A DNA stretch of 32,000 bases from Candidatus Nitrosopumilus koreensis AR1 (lineage in GTDB: Archaea; Thermoproteota; Nitrososphaeria; Nitrososphaerales; Nitrosopumilaceae), in the NCBI RefSeq assembly GCF_000299365.1, contig NC_018655.1, forward strand, positions 1,260,001 through 1,292,000, in the 5' to 3' direction. Numbering within the stretch: position 1 is the first letter of the stretch; the number at the start of each line of letters is the position of its first letter. Shown piece by piece: positions 8,273-17,014 of the stretch. The notes beneath the pieces were generated by a model, which worked only from the letters and a program-made list of their open reading frames with translations, did not search any database and was not told where the DNA came from. Made by a program: the position numbers and the translations under genes.

Positions 8273-10435
8273 CTATTTACTACATCGATATAATACCGAT
8301 GCCAGTAATGCAGAGCGTTCTACTATGCTGTCATGAAGGATATATTCTTGGGTGGAACGATATCTATGACCAATAGGACCAAATCCATCTAATGCAGGCA
8401 ATCTAGAAGGCACGTTACTAATATCTGAAGACATTATCTGTTCATGACGTTTTATTTTCAACTCATGTTTTTTAGCTAGTTCCTCCACAATTTCATAAAA
8501 CCGTTTATCAGATGCTTCCTCAATAACAGGAGGTCTTGTTTGTATTTGGTTTATTGCAACTTCTAGGTTTTTTTGTCCAGATTCCTTCTTTTGCATAATG
8601 GTTCTAATCTTAGAATCCATTGTTTTCCCCAGTGCAGGAGTTTTGAAACTACATACTAATGTCAGGGTGGCATAATTTGGAGTATGTCCATGAGTGCCTT
8701 GTGCAACAACAGATGTTGTTCTCAAACGATAATTTTTTTCATCTTTTGAAAGCTTTTCAATTGCTGCAATCTTTTTGCCAAGTATTGGAATGATTCCATG
8801 TATATCAGAAGATGTAGAGTTAGGCGGAGTAGTAAATCTAATTTGATAATCATTTCTACCATAACACGTTGTAATAATTCCACCTTCTTTACTTGCAGAT
8901 TTTAATCCGATGATATATTTTGATTTTCTAGAATATTGTTGGACAAGTTTTTTGCTAAAACGTCCGCCCAGACTATCATCAGTTGTAAGCAAAACACCGC
9001 ATTTGATTTTCTTGAGACGTTTTGAATAGCGTAAGGCGTGCAATGCACCTAACATTACGGTCAAGCCCCCTTTACTTTCAGCTATTCCAGAACCATAAAT
9101 TCTATCATCGTCTTCAAAATATGAAATAAGATCATTTGGTCCGTAATGGGTATCCATATGAGAAATTATCAGTACATCATTTTTCTCTTCGTCATGATTT
9201 TTAAAATAACGTATATCTCCAACATCAAGTTGCCTATACAAATGCTCAGAGAAACCAAGATGTTTCATTCTTCTAGACAACATTGAGCCTAACTTGTTCA
9301 CATTATCAATATTATATACATGGGTATTCAGGTTGACAAAATTTCGTAAAGTTTCTTTTTGACTTTGCAGATGGCTTCTCAAATAAGTACGGGCAACGAT
9401 ACGAAGAGGTTGAGTAAGATCAGGTTCTGTTTCTGCCAGATGAGAAGAACCAAAATATCTTATTGTTGCAACATCTAAAATTTTATTGATTAAAGATTCG
9501 TAAGTGTATCCTGCTGTTTTGGCAGCATAAAACAAAGAGCCACCTATACCTAAACTCGCCATGGAGTTTAGTTCAAGAATGTAAAGATTTCCATCTTTGT
9601 CCATCCTAAAATCCACTCTACTATAATCATTCAGCCCCAATGCAGCAAATGCTTGTATGCACATTTGTTTTATCTCCTCTGTTTTTTCTTTGGATATTTT
9701 TGCAGGACATGTTTTATCAACTCCACCTATTTTTTTTTTGTCAGAAATTGTCTGTATTTGATCAGGATGACCAAGATTAATTTCAACAACTGGAAGAACT
9801 TCTATATTCGGACTGTTTCCAATAAGTCCCACTGCAAATTCCCGTCCAGAAATAAACTGTTCAACTAGTATATCTTGTTGGAATTTCTCAATTTGTGTTT
9901 TCACTGCTTTTCTCAGATCATTCCAGTTATCTACTACTTCCATACCCATGGATGTAGATTCTAATTTTGGTTTTACAATGACTGGAAATACCAGATCATC
10001 AAATACATCCTCCGGAGTTTTGAACACCCAAAAGCCAGGGGTAGGAATGTTGTTTCTTTGCAGAACAATTTTTGTCATTACTTTGTCTTGTACAATTGCA
10101 TGGCCCGCAGGGCCTGAGCCAATGTAAGGGATTCCAAGCATCTCCATCATTGCAGGAACATGAGTGTACCTGTTTTGTCCTTGAATTCCGTATGCCATAT
10201 TGAAAACCATTCCAGGGTTCTCGCCTGAAACTACTTTTGGCATAAACTCACGTAACTCATCGGCAAGATGCATATCACCTTCAATAACTTTAACAGCATG
10301 ACCACCTTTTTCTAAAGCCCTTGCAACTCTTTCAACAGCTTTTGGACTGTAATGCTCTTTTGTAGTCATGCCAAAAACGTTGATTACGTCATTTGGATCA
10401 ATTTGTTTTTCGTTATAGATTAAAGAAACTTTCAC
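8273..10435 (-). CDS. ATP-grasp (D-Ala-D-Ala ligase-like) domain fused to an M20-like peptidase domain
   Basis: 720 aa; N-term DKVMTKIVLQRNNIPTPGF...FPVIVKPKLESTSMGM...VEQFISGREFAVG...RVDFRMDKDGNLYILELNSMASLG; C-term VLIISHMDTHYGP...IYGSGIAESKGGLTVMLGALHAL...HGHTPN...GFGPIGHRYRSTQEYI. Confidence 0.85.
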   Translation of the reverse strand: MKVSLIYNEKQIDPNDVINVFGMTTKEHYSPKAVERVARALEKGGHAVKVIEGDMHLADELREFMPKVVSGENPGMVFNMAYGIQGQNRYTHVPAMMEMLGIPYIGSGPAGHAIVQDKVMTKIVLQRNNIPTPGFWVFKTPEDVFDDLVFPVIVKPKLESTSMGMEVVDNWNDLRKAVKTQIEKFQQDILVEQFISGREFAVGLIGNSPNIEVLPVVEINLGHPDQIQTISDKKKIGGVDKTCPAKISKEKTEEIKQMCIQAFAALGLNDYSRVDFRMDKDGNLYILELNSMASLGIGGSLFYAAKTAGYTYESLINKILDVATIRYFGSSHLAETEPDLTQPLRIVARTYLRSHLQSQKETLRNFVNLNTHVYNIDNVNKLGSMLSRRMKHLGFSEHLYRQLDVGDIRYFKNHDEEKNDVLIISHMDTHYGPNDLISYFEDDDRIYGSGIAESKGGLTVMLGALHALRYSKRLKKIKCGVLLTTDDSLGGRFSKKLVQQYSRKSKYIIGLKSASKEGGIITTCYGRNDYQIRFTTPPNSTSSDIHGIIPILGKKIAAIEKLSKDEKNYRLRTTSVVAQGTHGHTPNYATLTLVCSFKTPALGKTMDSKIRTIMQKKESGQKNLEVAINQIQTRPPVIEEASDKRFYEIVEELAKKHELKIKRHEQIMSSDISNVPSRLPALDGFGPIGHRYRSTQEYILHDSIVERSALLASVLYRCSK

Positions 10436-10550
10436 TTATCATCATTCTTTTTTATTATATTTATACTAGTTTTTTAATTTATTACCAAAGTTGAATTCAG
10501 TAAGTCAATTTCAAATAGTTTCTTTAATGAGAAAAATCATATCAATATAG

Positions 10551-11027
10551 TTGAGACAAAATGACAAAATTTTGATCATTATAGGATTAGTTGCAGGAAT
10601 GGTAGGAATGGTAGGAATGGTAGGATTTATCGGACAAGGAAATGTTAGACATGTGTCAATTTTTTGGACTGAAAAAGTTGAGCAAACAATAGTATTTCAA
10701 GAAATAGATGGAGAAACACAAATCAAAGCAATCAAAGGAGTTAAAGGAGATAATAACCCAACACTAATCTCACGTACATCATTTGCTTATGTCTTGACTG
10801 TGATTAACAATGGAACCACCCATCATAGATTATACATTGATGGATTTAACATCCAAACAGACTTGCTTGAGCCAGGACAGAATGACACAATTACAATTTA
10901 CCCAGACAAAGAAGGTGAGTTTACCTATTATGACAAGAGGCAGTATCTAGAACCATTAGGAAAAATCAAGATTTTTTCAGTGGTGCCTAGTGACGAGTTT
11001 ACTGGAGTCTGGAAAGACCTAATCTAG
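10551..11027 (+). CDS. Membrane-anchored cupredoxin-like protein (TTG start)
   Basis: 158 aa; N-terminal hydrophobic anchor, then FAYVLTVINNGTTHHRLYIDGFNIQTDLLEPGQNDTITIYPDKEGEFTYYDKRQ, a cupredoxin-like strand pattern. Confidence 0.6.
   Translation: MRQNDKILIIIGLVAGMVGMVGMVGFIGQGNVRHVSIFWTEKVEQTIVFQEIDGETQIKAIKGVKGDNNPTLISRTSFAYVLTVINNGTTHHRLYIDGFNIQTDLLEPGQNDTITIYPDKEGEFTYYDKRQYLEPLGKIKIFSVVPSDEFTGVWKDLI
10595..10625 (+). repeat. 9-bp tandem repeat (AGGAATGGT, ~3.4 copies) within the coding sequence
   Basis: aggaatggt aggaatggt aggaatggt agga, encoding GMVGMVGMVG in the N-terminal hydrophobic segment. Confidence 0.9.
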
Positions 11028-11902
11028 TATTTTTGTGCAATAACAAAATCTACTTTGTATTTTAGTGTGGCACGGGCGTTTAACTTTAGGTTCCATGGGA
11101 TAAAGGATGGTTTTTTTGTGGAAGGTGAAATTTTGAATCCCAAATTTATTAAATTTGCACGTAAAAGGGATTCATCAACAGGATTTTTTACAGAGTTTGG
11201 ACCTCTATCAAAATCATAAGGATCAGATATTATAAAATATCCTTTGGTAATTTGTTTGGATATAGACTCTAGTAATTCTAGTGGCTCTATTATCTCTAAA
11301 ACATTTAGAGCCAACACCAAATCAAACTGCATTTTACCAAATACAGGATTTAGTGAATCAGCTACAAAATAATCCAAGTTGTCTTTGAATTGTTTTTTTG
11401 CAAATTCTAAAGCACTAAAAGAACGATCTACTCCAAATACCAATTCATGTGAATTAGCCAAATGACTAGTCATTATACCTATAGAACACCCATGTTCCAA
11501 GACAAGTTTTGATGAAGGTAAAGAAGATAGATTATTCTTTATCGCTGAATAAAATTTTGAATTTTTACTGTTTTGGTAAATTTTAGACCATTTCACTTCA
11601 AGACTACTTCGATCATTGTCTTTTGCATTCAAAGACGATTTCACAAAACTCTTGAGTTTTTGTGAATGAACTGAGGTATACAACTTACCTCCAAGCACAC
11701 GTCTAGAAGAAAGATATTTTGTAAAATCATCCCACAAGATGGGAATTTTTTTTATGATTGGGAATTCTAGTTTACATTTTTTGCATTCTAAAATTCCTTC
11801 TATGATTTCTTTTTCAGACAAAAACACATCAATTTCGAGTTTTGCCCCACACCTAACACATCTCAGAAATTTAATACTTGATGGTAACATACGAGAAATC
11901 AA
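11024..11902 (-). CDS. Class I SAM-dependent methyltransferase with N-terminal Trm112-like zinc ribbon
   Basis: 292 aa; LRCVRCGAKLEI...LECKKCKLEFPIIKKIPIL; then VLEHGCSIGIMTSHLA and FDLVLALNVLEIIEPLELLESI. Confidence 0.8.
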   Translation of the reverse strand: MISRMLPSSIKFLRCVRCGAKLEIDVFLSEKEIIEGILECKKCKLEFPIIKKIPILWDDFTKYLSSRRVLGGKLYTSVHSQKLKSFVKSSLNAKDNDRSSLEVKWSKIYQNSKNSKFYSAIKNNLSSLPSSKLVLEHGCSIGIMTSHLANSHELVFGVDRSFSALEFAKKQFKDNLDYFVADSLNPVFGKMQFDLVLALNVLEIIEPLELLESISKQITKGYFIISDPYDFDRGPNSVKNPVDESLLRANLINLGFKISPSTKKPSFIPWNLKLNARATLKYKVDFVIAQKY

Positions 11903-11976
11903 TTGTTACAAACTATATTTCTTTGATGCAAAACCAAGATAATATTAAATGTAGTAATCAATGATTTGATTTCAAA

Positions 11977-13173
11977 ATGGGAGAGTTTGAAGAATTTGCT
12001 GAGGCACTTTTTGGTCAGTTATCAGTAGAAATCGACGAGGAAAAAGAGATTTCTGGACTTGCAATCAAGGCAAAAGAGGACTTGGCAGGAAAAATAGAGT
12101 TCAAAGATCTAGAAAAAATTGCAAGTGACATACTCCCAGAATTCAAAGTAAAAGTCAAAGAATTTCTAGGAATTGATGTATCAGATAGCATAAAGTTAGA
12201 ATTTCCAGAGCTTGAAGATATAAAAAGACTCAAGGGTGAAAAAGTTTTTGCAGACAATGAATCAAAAGAGTTTGTAAGAGAATTATTTAATGCAGTTGCA
12301 AAAGAAGACCAAAAAAAGATTGCAGAATTAATGAAACAAGATACTGCAAAATATTTGGTGTATTCAACATATGCTATTCAATATATTTCAAAAATCACTA
12401 CAACATATGGGGATTATCTTGATGGTACAATTTATCTCAATAAATTCATCTTGTCAAGGTATCCACAAATTATTCTACACAAACAAGGAGAACCATACGA
12501 AGCAAGGTTTGAGAATGTAAACTCAGGATACATGGGTGGCATAAAAATGGCAGTATTAGAAGAATTAGTCCATTCCACACAAGAAAGATTACATAAAATC
12601 AACAAGGAATCTGCAATGCAAGTGAATAAAATTAATGAAGAGTTAGCAAAAATAATTCTAGAACTAGACACAGAAACTGTTAACATGCTTGCAGAATATT
12701 GCCAATTACAAACAGTACCAGATGATTTCCCATTTGCAAAAAGAGCAAACCTATTTTTCTTTTTGAATCCAGACCATTTTCTAATTGAGCAAATTGGACC
12801 AGATGTCATGACATTTACGCATGTAGAGATGGATCCAAAAATAAAAGAAGCAATCCCACAACTCCTAGACATTTACAAAAGATGGCTTGCACCAATCCAG
12901 CATCACCATGCAGCATTTACTGCAATGGAAGGCATGGCAGGATTTGCAATTGAGAATATCCTAAAAGACGACAAAGACTTTCAAAATTATCTTACTACGT
13001 TTATGGGAACAGACTTTTCATCATATCAGGTAAGAAAGAGTATGGGTAAGGATTTTACAAAGACAATATACGAAAAATTAGGCTCAAATACTTTCAAAAA
13101 AATTATCGAAGTTCCACCAAACACACGAGAGCTAAAAGATCCTCAACTATACATTGATAGATTGAGTCAGTAA
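11977..13173 (+). CDS. Conserved archaeal hypothetical protein (398 aa), possibly metallopeptidase-like
   Basis: Long intact ORF; contains GIKMAVLEELVHSTQERLHK and IQHHHAAFTAMEGMAGFAIENIL. Confidence 0.7.
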   Translation: MGEFEEFAEALFGQLSVEIDEEKEISGLAIKAKEDLAGKIEFKDLEKIASDILPEFKVKVKEFLGIDVSDSIKLEFPELEDIKRLKGEKVFADNESKEFVRELFNAVAKEDQKKIAELMKQDTAKYLVYSTYAIQYISKITTTYGDYLDGTIYLNKFILSRYPQIILHKQGEPYEARFENVNSGYMGGIKMAVLEELVHSTQERLHKINKESAMQVNKINEELAKIILELDTETVNMLAEYCQLQTVPDDFPFAKRANLFFFLNPDHFLIEQIGPDVMTFTHVEMDPKIKEAIPQLLDIYKRWLAPIQHHHAAFTAMEGMAGFAIENILKDDKDFQNYLTTFMGTDFSSYQVRKSMGKDFTKTIYEKLGSNTFKKIIEVPPNTRELKDPQLYIDRLSQ

Positions 13174-13176
13174 TAA

Positions 13177-13995
13177 TTGGAAGAAAATTTTGATCCATTT
13201 GTTGCAGAATGGTATGCATTTGTAAAAAACCCAAATTTCAATCTAGTTGAAAAATGCCTCAAATTTGCACAGATTCTAGAATATCCAGATCTAGATATTG
13301 AAAAATACATTGAGAAAATCAGCAAGATAGGAATGTCACTAAAAGAGTCAGTTAGTGATGTAAAGAATCCAACTTATCTTATTTCTATGTTAAATGAGCA
13401 TCTGTTTGAGAATTTAGGATATAGTGGAGATGATGAAGATTACTATAATCCAAAAAACAATTTCCTAAATGAAGTATTAGATAAAAAAACAGGTCTCCCA
13501 ATTACCATTTCAATTCTTTATGTAGAAGTTGCAAAGTTTGTAGGTCTGGATCTAAAGATTGTTGGATTCCCCAGTCATATTTTGGTAAAACATAATGAAG
13601 AAATCATACTAGACCCATTTTATGATGGGCGATTACTAGACATCGATGACTTGCAAGAGATTCTTGACACAAATTATGGTGGAGAGATAGAATTCAAACC
13701 AGAGTTTCTAGATGAGATTGAGTCTGAGCAAATACTAGTTAGACTCACTCGTAATTTGAAGAATTCATATGTTCAATCTTTTGTTTATGACAAGGCACTT
13801 CGTTGTGTCAACATGGTATTAGCAATTGAACCAGAATCTCCTGAAGACATTAGAGACAAGGGGATATTAGAAGAAAGATTACTAAATTATGATAATGCTT
13901 TAAAATATTTGAATAAATATTTGGAAATTAATCCAAATGCAGAAGATGTAGATTTTATTTTAGAATTAATTAGAAGTATAAAGACAAAAAATTAA
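13177..13995 (+). CDS. SirB1/transglutaminase-like family protein with C-terminal TPR-like region (TTG start)
   Basis: 272 aa; NFLNEVLDKKTGLPITISILYVEVAKFVGLDLKIVGFPSHILVKHNEEIILDPFYDGRLL; then TPR-like ALRCVNMVLAIEPESPEDIRDKGILEERLLNYDNALKYLNKYLEINPNAED. Confidence 0.8.
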   Translation: MEENFDPFVAEWYAFVKNPNFNLVEKCLKFAQILEYPDLDIEKYIEKISKIGMSLKESVSDVKNPTYLISMLNEHLFENLGYSGDDEDYYNPKNNFLNEVLDKKTGLPITISILYVEVAKFVGLDLKIVGFPSHILVKHNEEIILDPFYDGRLLDIDDLQEILDTNYGGEIEFKPEFLDEIESEQILVRLTRNLKNSYVQSFVYDKALRCVNMVLAIEPESPEDIRDKGILEERLLNYDNALKYLNKYLEINPNAEDVDFILELIRSIKTKN

Positions 13996-14162
13996 TCAAT
14001 AATAGAATCTATGTCTTGTCCTTTCTTAATCATTGAGATTTCATGACGAGCAATTTTGTTTCTCAATGCTCTTTTGAGGATATCGACTTCGCTTCTGAGT
14101 AATGCAATTTCATCTTCAAGTTTTGCAACTCGTTCATAGATGGTTTCAGCTTCTGAACTCAT
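13992..14162 (-). CDS. Small coiled-coil protein (56 aa)
   Basis: Manual translation MSSEAETIYERVAKLEDEIALLRSEVDILKRALRNKIARHEISMIKKGQDIDSIID*; not in the supplied ORF track. Confidence 0.7.
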   Translation of the reverse strand: MSSEAETIYERVAKLEDEIALLRSEVDILKRALRNKIARHEISMIKKGQDIDSIID

Positions 14163-14235
14163 GATTATCTATCAGGAAAAAATTGTCTTAAAAAGTTATG
14201 GGTAAATATTTTGATGGGCAGGTTAGCTTTTTGCA

Positions 14236-14397
14236 CTATAATTCAAATTCTTGGCGGCATTTTTCACACTTTGCACGCTCTTCGCCAGGAGAACCAAGAA
14301 TGAATATTTTACCAATCGTTTTACAAACGGGACACATTCCAGTTGTTGCATTTTTAGGACCTGTACGTATAATTTTTTGAGTTTTTCTTCGTCCCAT
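14236..14397 (-). CDS. Small basic zinc-ribbon protein (53 aa)
   Basis: Manual translation MGRRKTQKIIRTGPKNATTGMCPVCKTIGKIFILGSPGEERAKCEKCRQEFEL*; CPVC...CEKC; not in the ORF track on this strand. Confidence 0.8.
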   Translation of the reverse strand: MGRRKTQKIIRTGPKNATTGMCPVCKTIGKIFILGSPGEERAKCEKCRQEFEL

Positions 14398-14432
14398 GTA
14401 AAAACTTCTCGAATCGGTCTATTAAGTTTTAA

Positions 14433-14519
14433 TGGCGCGGGGAGGGGGATTTGAACCCCCGTGTCCTTGCGGACATGGGATTAGCAATCCCACGCCCTAC
14501 CAGGCTAGGCGATCCCCGC
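14433..14519 (-). tRNA. tRNA-Ser (anticodon GCU), 3' CCA encoded
   Basis: Minus strand GCGGGGATCGCCTAGCCTGGTAGGGCGTGGGATTGCTAATCCCATGTCCGCAAGGACACGGGGGTTCAAATCCCCCTCCCCGCGCCA: 7-bp acceptor stem, TGGGA/TCCCA anticodon stem, long variable arm TGTCC-GCAA-GGACA, GGGGG/CCCCC T stem. Confidence 0.97.
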
Positions 14520-14579
14520 ACAAAGATGGCTAGAATTAATCTGTAAATAAGTCAAACTTTAGAGAAATTTTTTGAAAAC

Positions 14580-15338
14580 TTAAGCGTTGTCTAGTTCATC
14601 ATGAAATTGGCTATAATTATTCACAATTTCATTGATTGGAACCCGTTTCCCACCAACGATCTTCAAGTCAACTTGGACTGTCTTGTCAGAGATTGTCAAA
14701 ATGTTGTACGTGTTTTCAAACAACCCACGTACTCTCTCAGAGGTAGCAGTTCCAGCATTTACAACAGTCAGTGTTCTAAAATTCCAAGCCCATGGTCTGT
14801 GTTTGTGTCCACACAATACAACATCAACTTTGGAATCAAGTACTGTTCTTAACACATCACCTGCATCAACTACAGTTAGTTGATCAGAACCAGTATCAGG
14901 AATTGCAATAAGGTGATGATGCATTGCCACAATCTTTATCTTATCTTTGTATTTTTTCATGGTTCTCTCTAACCAAAGGTTTTGTCTGTATCCTACTTCA
15001 CCTTCGTTTCTATCAGGTCTTGCAGTACCAACAGTTACCAAAACAACATCATCACCTAATTCATTAACAGTTTGAAATGGAAAGAATCTCTTGAATAGTA
15101 AATAACCAGTATTTCTATAATCATGATTTCCACTAATTGCAATAATTTTTTTTGTATTAAATTTCTCCAACAGAGATTTACATTTCTCATATTCTTTCAT
15201 CAAACCTTCATTTGTCAAATCACCAGTAATTACAATCACATCAGGATTCAGATCATTGATTTCTTTTACCAATACATTAAATTTTTCTTCTAAGAATTGT
15301 GATCCAACATGAAGATCAGAAATTTGAACTATTTTCAT
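14580..15338 (-). CDS. Metallophosphoesterase (calcineurin-like)
   Basis: 252 aa; MKIVQISDLHVGSQF...DVIVITGDLTNEG...IIAISGNHDYR...IVAMHHHLI...VVLCGHKHRPW. Confidence 0.93.
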   Translation of the reverse strand: MKIVQISDLHVGSQFLEEKFNVLVKEINDLNPDVIVITGDLTNEGLMKEYEKCKSLLEKFNTKKIIAISGNHDYRNTGYLLFKRFFPFQTVNELGDDVVLVTVGTARPDRNEGEVGYRQNLWLERTMKKYKDKIKIVAMHHHLIAIPDTGSDQLTVVDAGDVLRTVLDSKVDVVLCGHKHRPWAWNFRTLTVVNAGTATSERVRGLFENTYNILTISDKTVQVDLKIVGGKRVPINEIVNNYSQFHDELDNA

Positions 15339-15448
15339 TTAAGATGGTTTTACAAAAATAACTATTAAATCATCTCTATAGATAACATGTAGAAATCATT
15401 TCCAAGCAAGGTAGAATTAAATAATAAACTCCTCAAAAACTTGCAGTT

Positions 15449-16480
15449 TTGACTAAAAAAGCTGCAGTGATGAAAGGAGACGGAATAGGACCAGAAGTTG
15501 TAGATTCGATGTTAAGAGTTCTCAAAGAATGTAATTTCCAGTCAGAATTAGTTCTATGTGAGGCAGGTTCAGAGCAATGGGATAAAAATGGTAGAAAAGA
15601 TGCATCATACATCCCAGACGCAACAATGAAGATTTTAGAAGAATCAGACTGTTGTTTTAAAGGCCCAACAACTACAATTCCAGTTCCAGGGGCGCCAAGG
15701 AGTGTTGCAGTAACACTAAGACAGAAATTTGATCTTTACGCAAATATTAGACCAACTAAAACTTATGATAGATTAACTCCAGATAGAAAACTTGATTGTG
15801 TTTGTTTTAGAGAAGCAACTGAAGGACTCTATACAGGAGTAGAGGCAAAAATTACAGATGATGCAGCAATTGCCATTAGAAAAATTACAAGACATGGAAG
15901 TAGGCGATTAATTAATTCAGCAGTAGATTGGGCAAATAAATTCAATATGAAAAAGATGGTTGCAGTAACAAAAAGAAACATCCTAAAACAAACAGATGGG
16001 ATATTTTGGGAAGAAACTCAAAAGGCCATTGAAGGGACAGATATCGAATTATCTGAAATATATATTGACAACATGGCACAGCAAATGGTAATTGCAACTG
16101 AACAATTCAATGGATCAGTATTAGTTAGTACCAATCTATTCATGGATATCATTTCCGAGCTTGCATCAGCACTTGTTGGTTCAATAGGATTAATTTATTC
16201 TGCAAATATTGGGGATAATTATGCAATGTTTGAAGCTGCACATGGAAGTGCGCCACAATTTGCAGGACAAAATAAAGTAAATCCTACTGCAACTGTTCTA
16301 TCAGGAGCATGGATGGCAGATTATCTTGGTGAAAGAGAAATCAGAGATGCAATATTTGCAGCAACAGAACAAGTAATCAATGAAGGAAAAGCAGTAACAT
16401 GGGACATTGGCGGTAATGCATCTACAACACAAATGACTGATGCAATAATCAAATATGCAAAAGAAAAATTAAGAAAATAG
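15449..16480 (+). CDS. Isocitrate/isopropylmalate dehydrogenase family protein (TTG start)
   Basis: 343 aa; MKGDGIGPEVV...CFREATEGLYTG...ITRHGSRRLINSAVDWA...TDGIFWEETQKA...NIGDNYAMFEAAHGSAPQFAGQNKVNPTATVLSGAWM. Confidence 0.92.
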   Translation: MTKKAAVMKGDGIGPEVVDSMLRVLKECNFQSELVLCEAGSEQWDKNGRKDASYIPDATMKILEESDCCFKGPTTTIPVPGAPRSVAVTLRQKFDLYANIRPTKTYDRLTPDRKLDCVCFREATEGLYTGVEAKITDDAAIAIRKITRHGSRRLINSAVDWANKFNMKKMVAVTKRNILKQTDGIFWEETQKAIEGTDIELSEIYIDNMAQQMVIATEQFNGSVLVSTNLFMDIISELASALVGSIGLIYSANIGDNYAMFEAAHGSAPQFAGQNKVNPTATVLSGAWMADYLGEREIRDAIFAATEQVINEGKAVTWDIGGNASTTQMTDAIIKYAKEKLRK

Positions 16481-17014
16481 TTAGTTAACTGCTTCTACTA
16501 GAATTAATTCCTCAAAGAAAAGTTTCTTTTTTGCTATAATACGTGTTTTCAAACCTAATTTTTGTGCATAATCTATGAGTTTTTGATAGTTTGAAAGAGA
16601 AGACGTAACAAAAACAAACTTACCACATTCCTCAAGATTTTTTATAGCAGAATCAAATATTTTTTTAGGAATCTCAAATCCTTCAAATCCACCATCTGTT
16701 GCAATATCCAAGATTTGATCAGTTGCCAAGTATGGAAGGTTACATACAATAAAATCAAATTTTATCTTTAATGCATCTGAACCGTTACAACAAATCAAAT
16801 TCTGTGTTTTGTAAGAGCTTTGATGTTGTAATACTTCACAATTAATATCAGTTCCAACAACTAAAGAAAAATTTTCAGTCAATAGCTTTGTCAGATATCC
16901 AGAACCGCTTCCAATATCTAATGCATATTTTCCTTTTTCGTTTTCAATGTTGTTTGCAATGAAAAAGGTATCCTCAGATGGAGGATATTCATCATTTGAG
17001 AATTTGTTTTGCAA
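16481..17014 (-). CDS. HemK/PrmC-like methyltransferase (small archaeal form)
   Basis: 177 aa; ALDIGSGSGYLTKLL...VVGTDINCEVL...FDFIVCNLPYLA. Confidence 0.8.
   Translation of the reverse strand: MQNKFSNDEYPPSEDTFFIANNIENEKGKYALDIGSGSGYLTKLLTENFSLVVGTDINCEVLQHQSSYKTQNLICCNGSDALKIKFDFIVCNLPYLATDQILDIATDGGFEGFEIPKKIFDSAIKNLEECGKFVFVTSSLSNYQKLIDYAQKLGLKTRIIAKKKLFFEELILVEAVN

Noticed and set aside
12015-12872. Minus-strand ORFs (80 aa and 146 aa) inside the 398-aa gene
   Set aside because: Ser/Phe/Ile-rich shadow ORFs antisense to an intact coding sequence.
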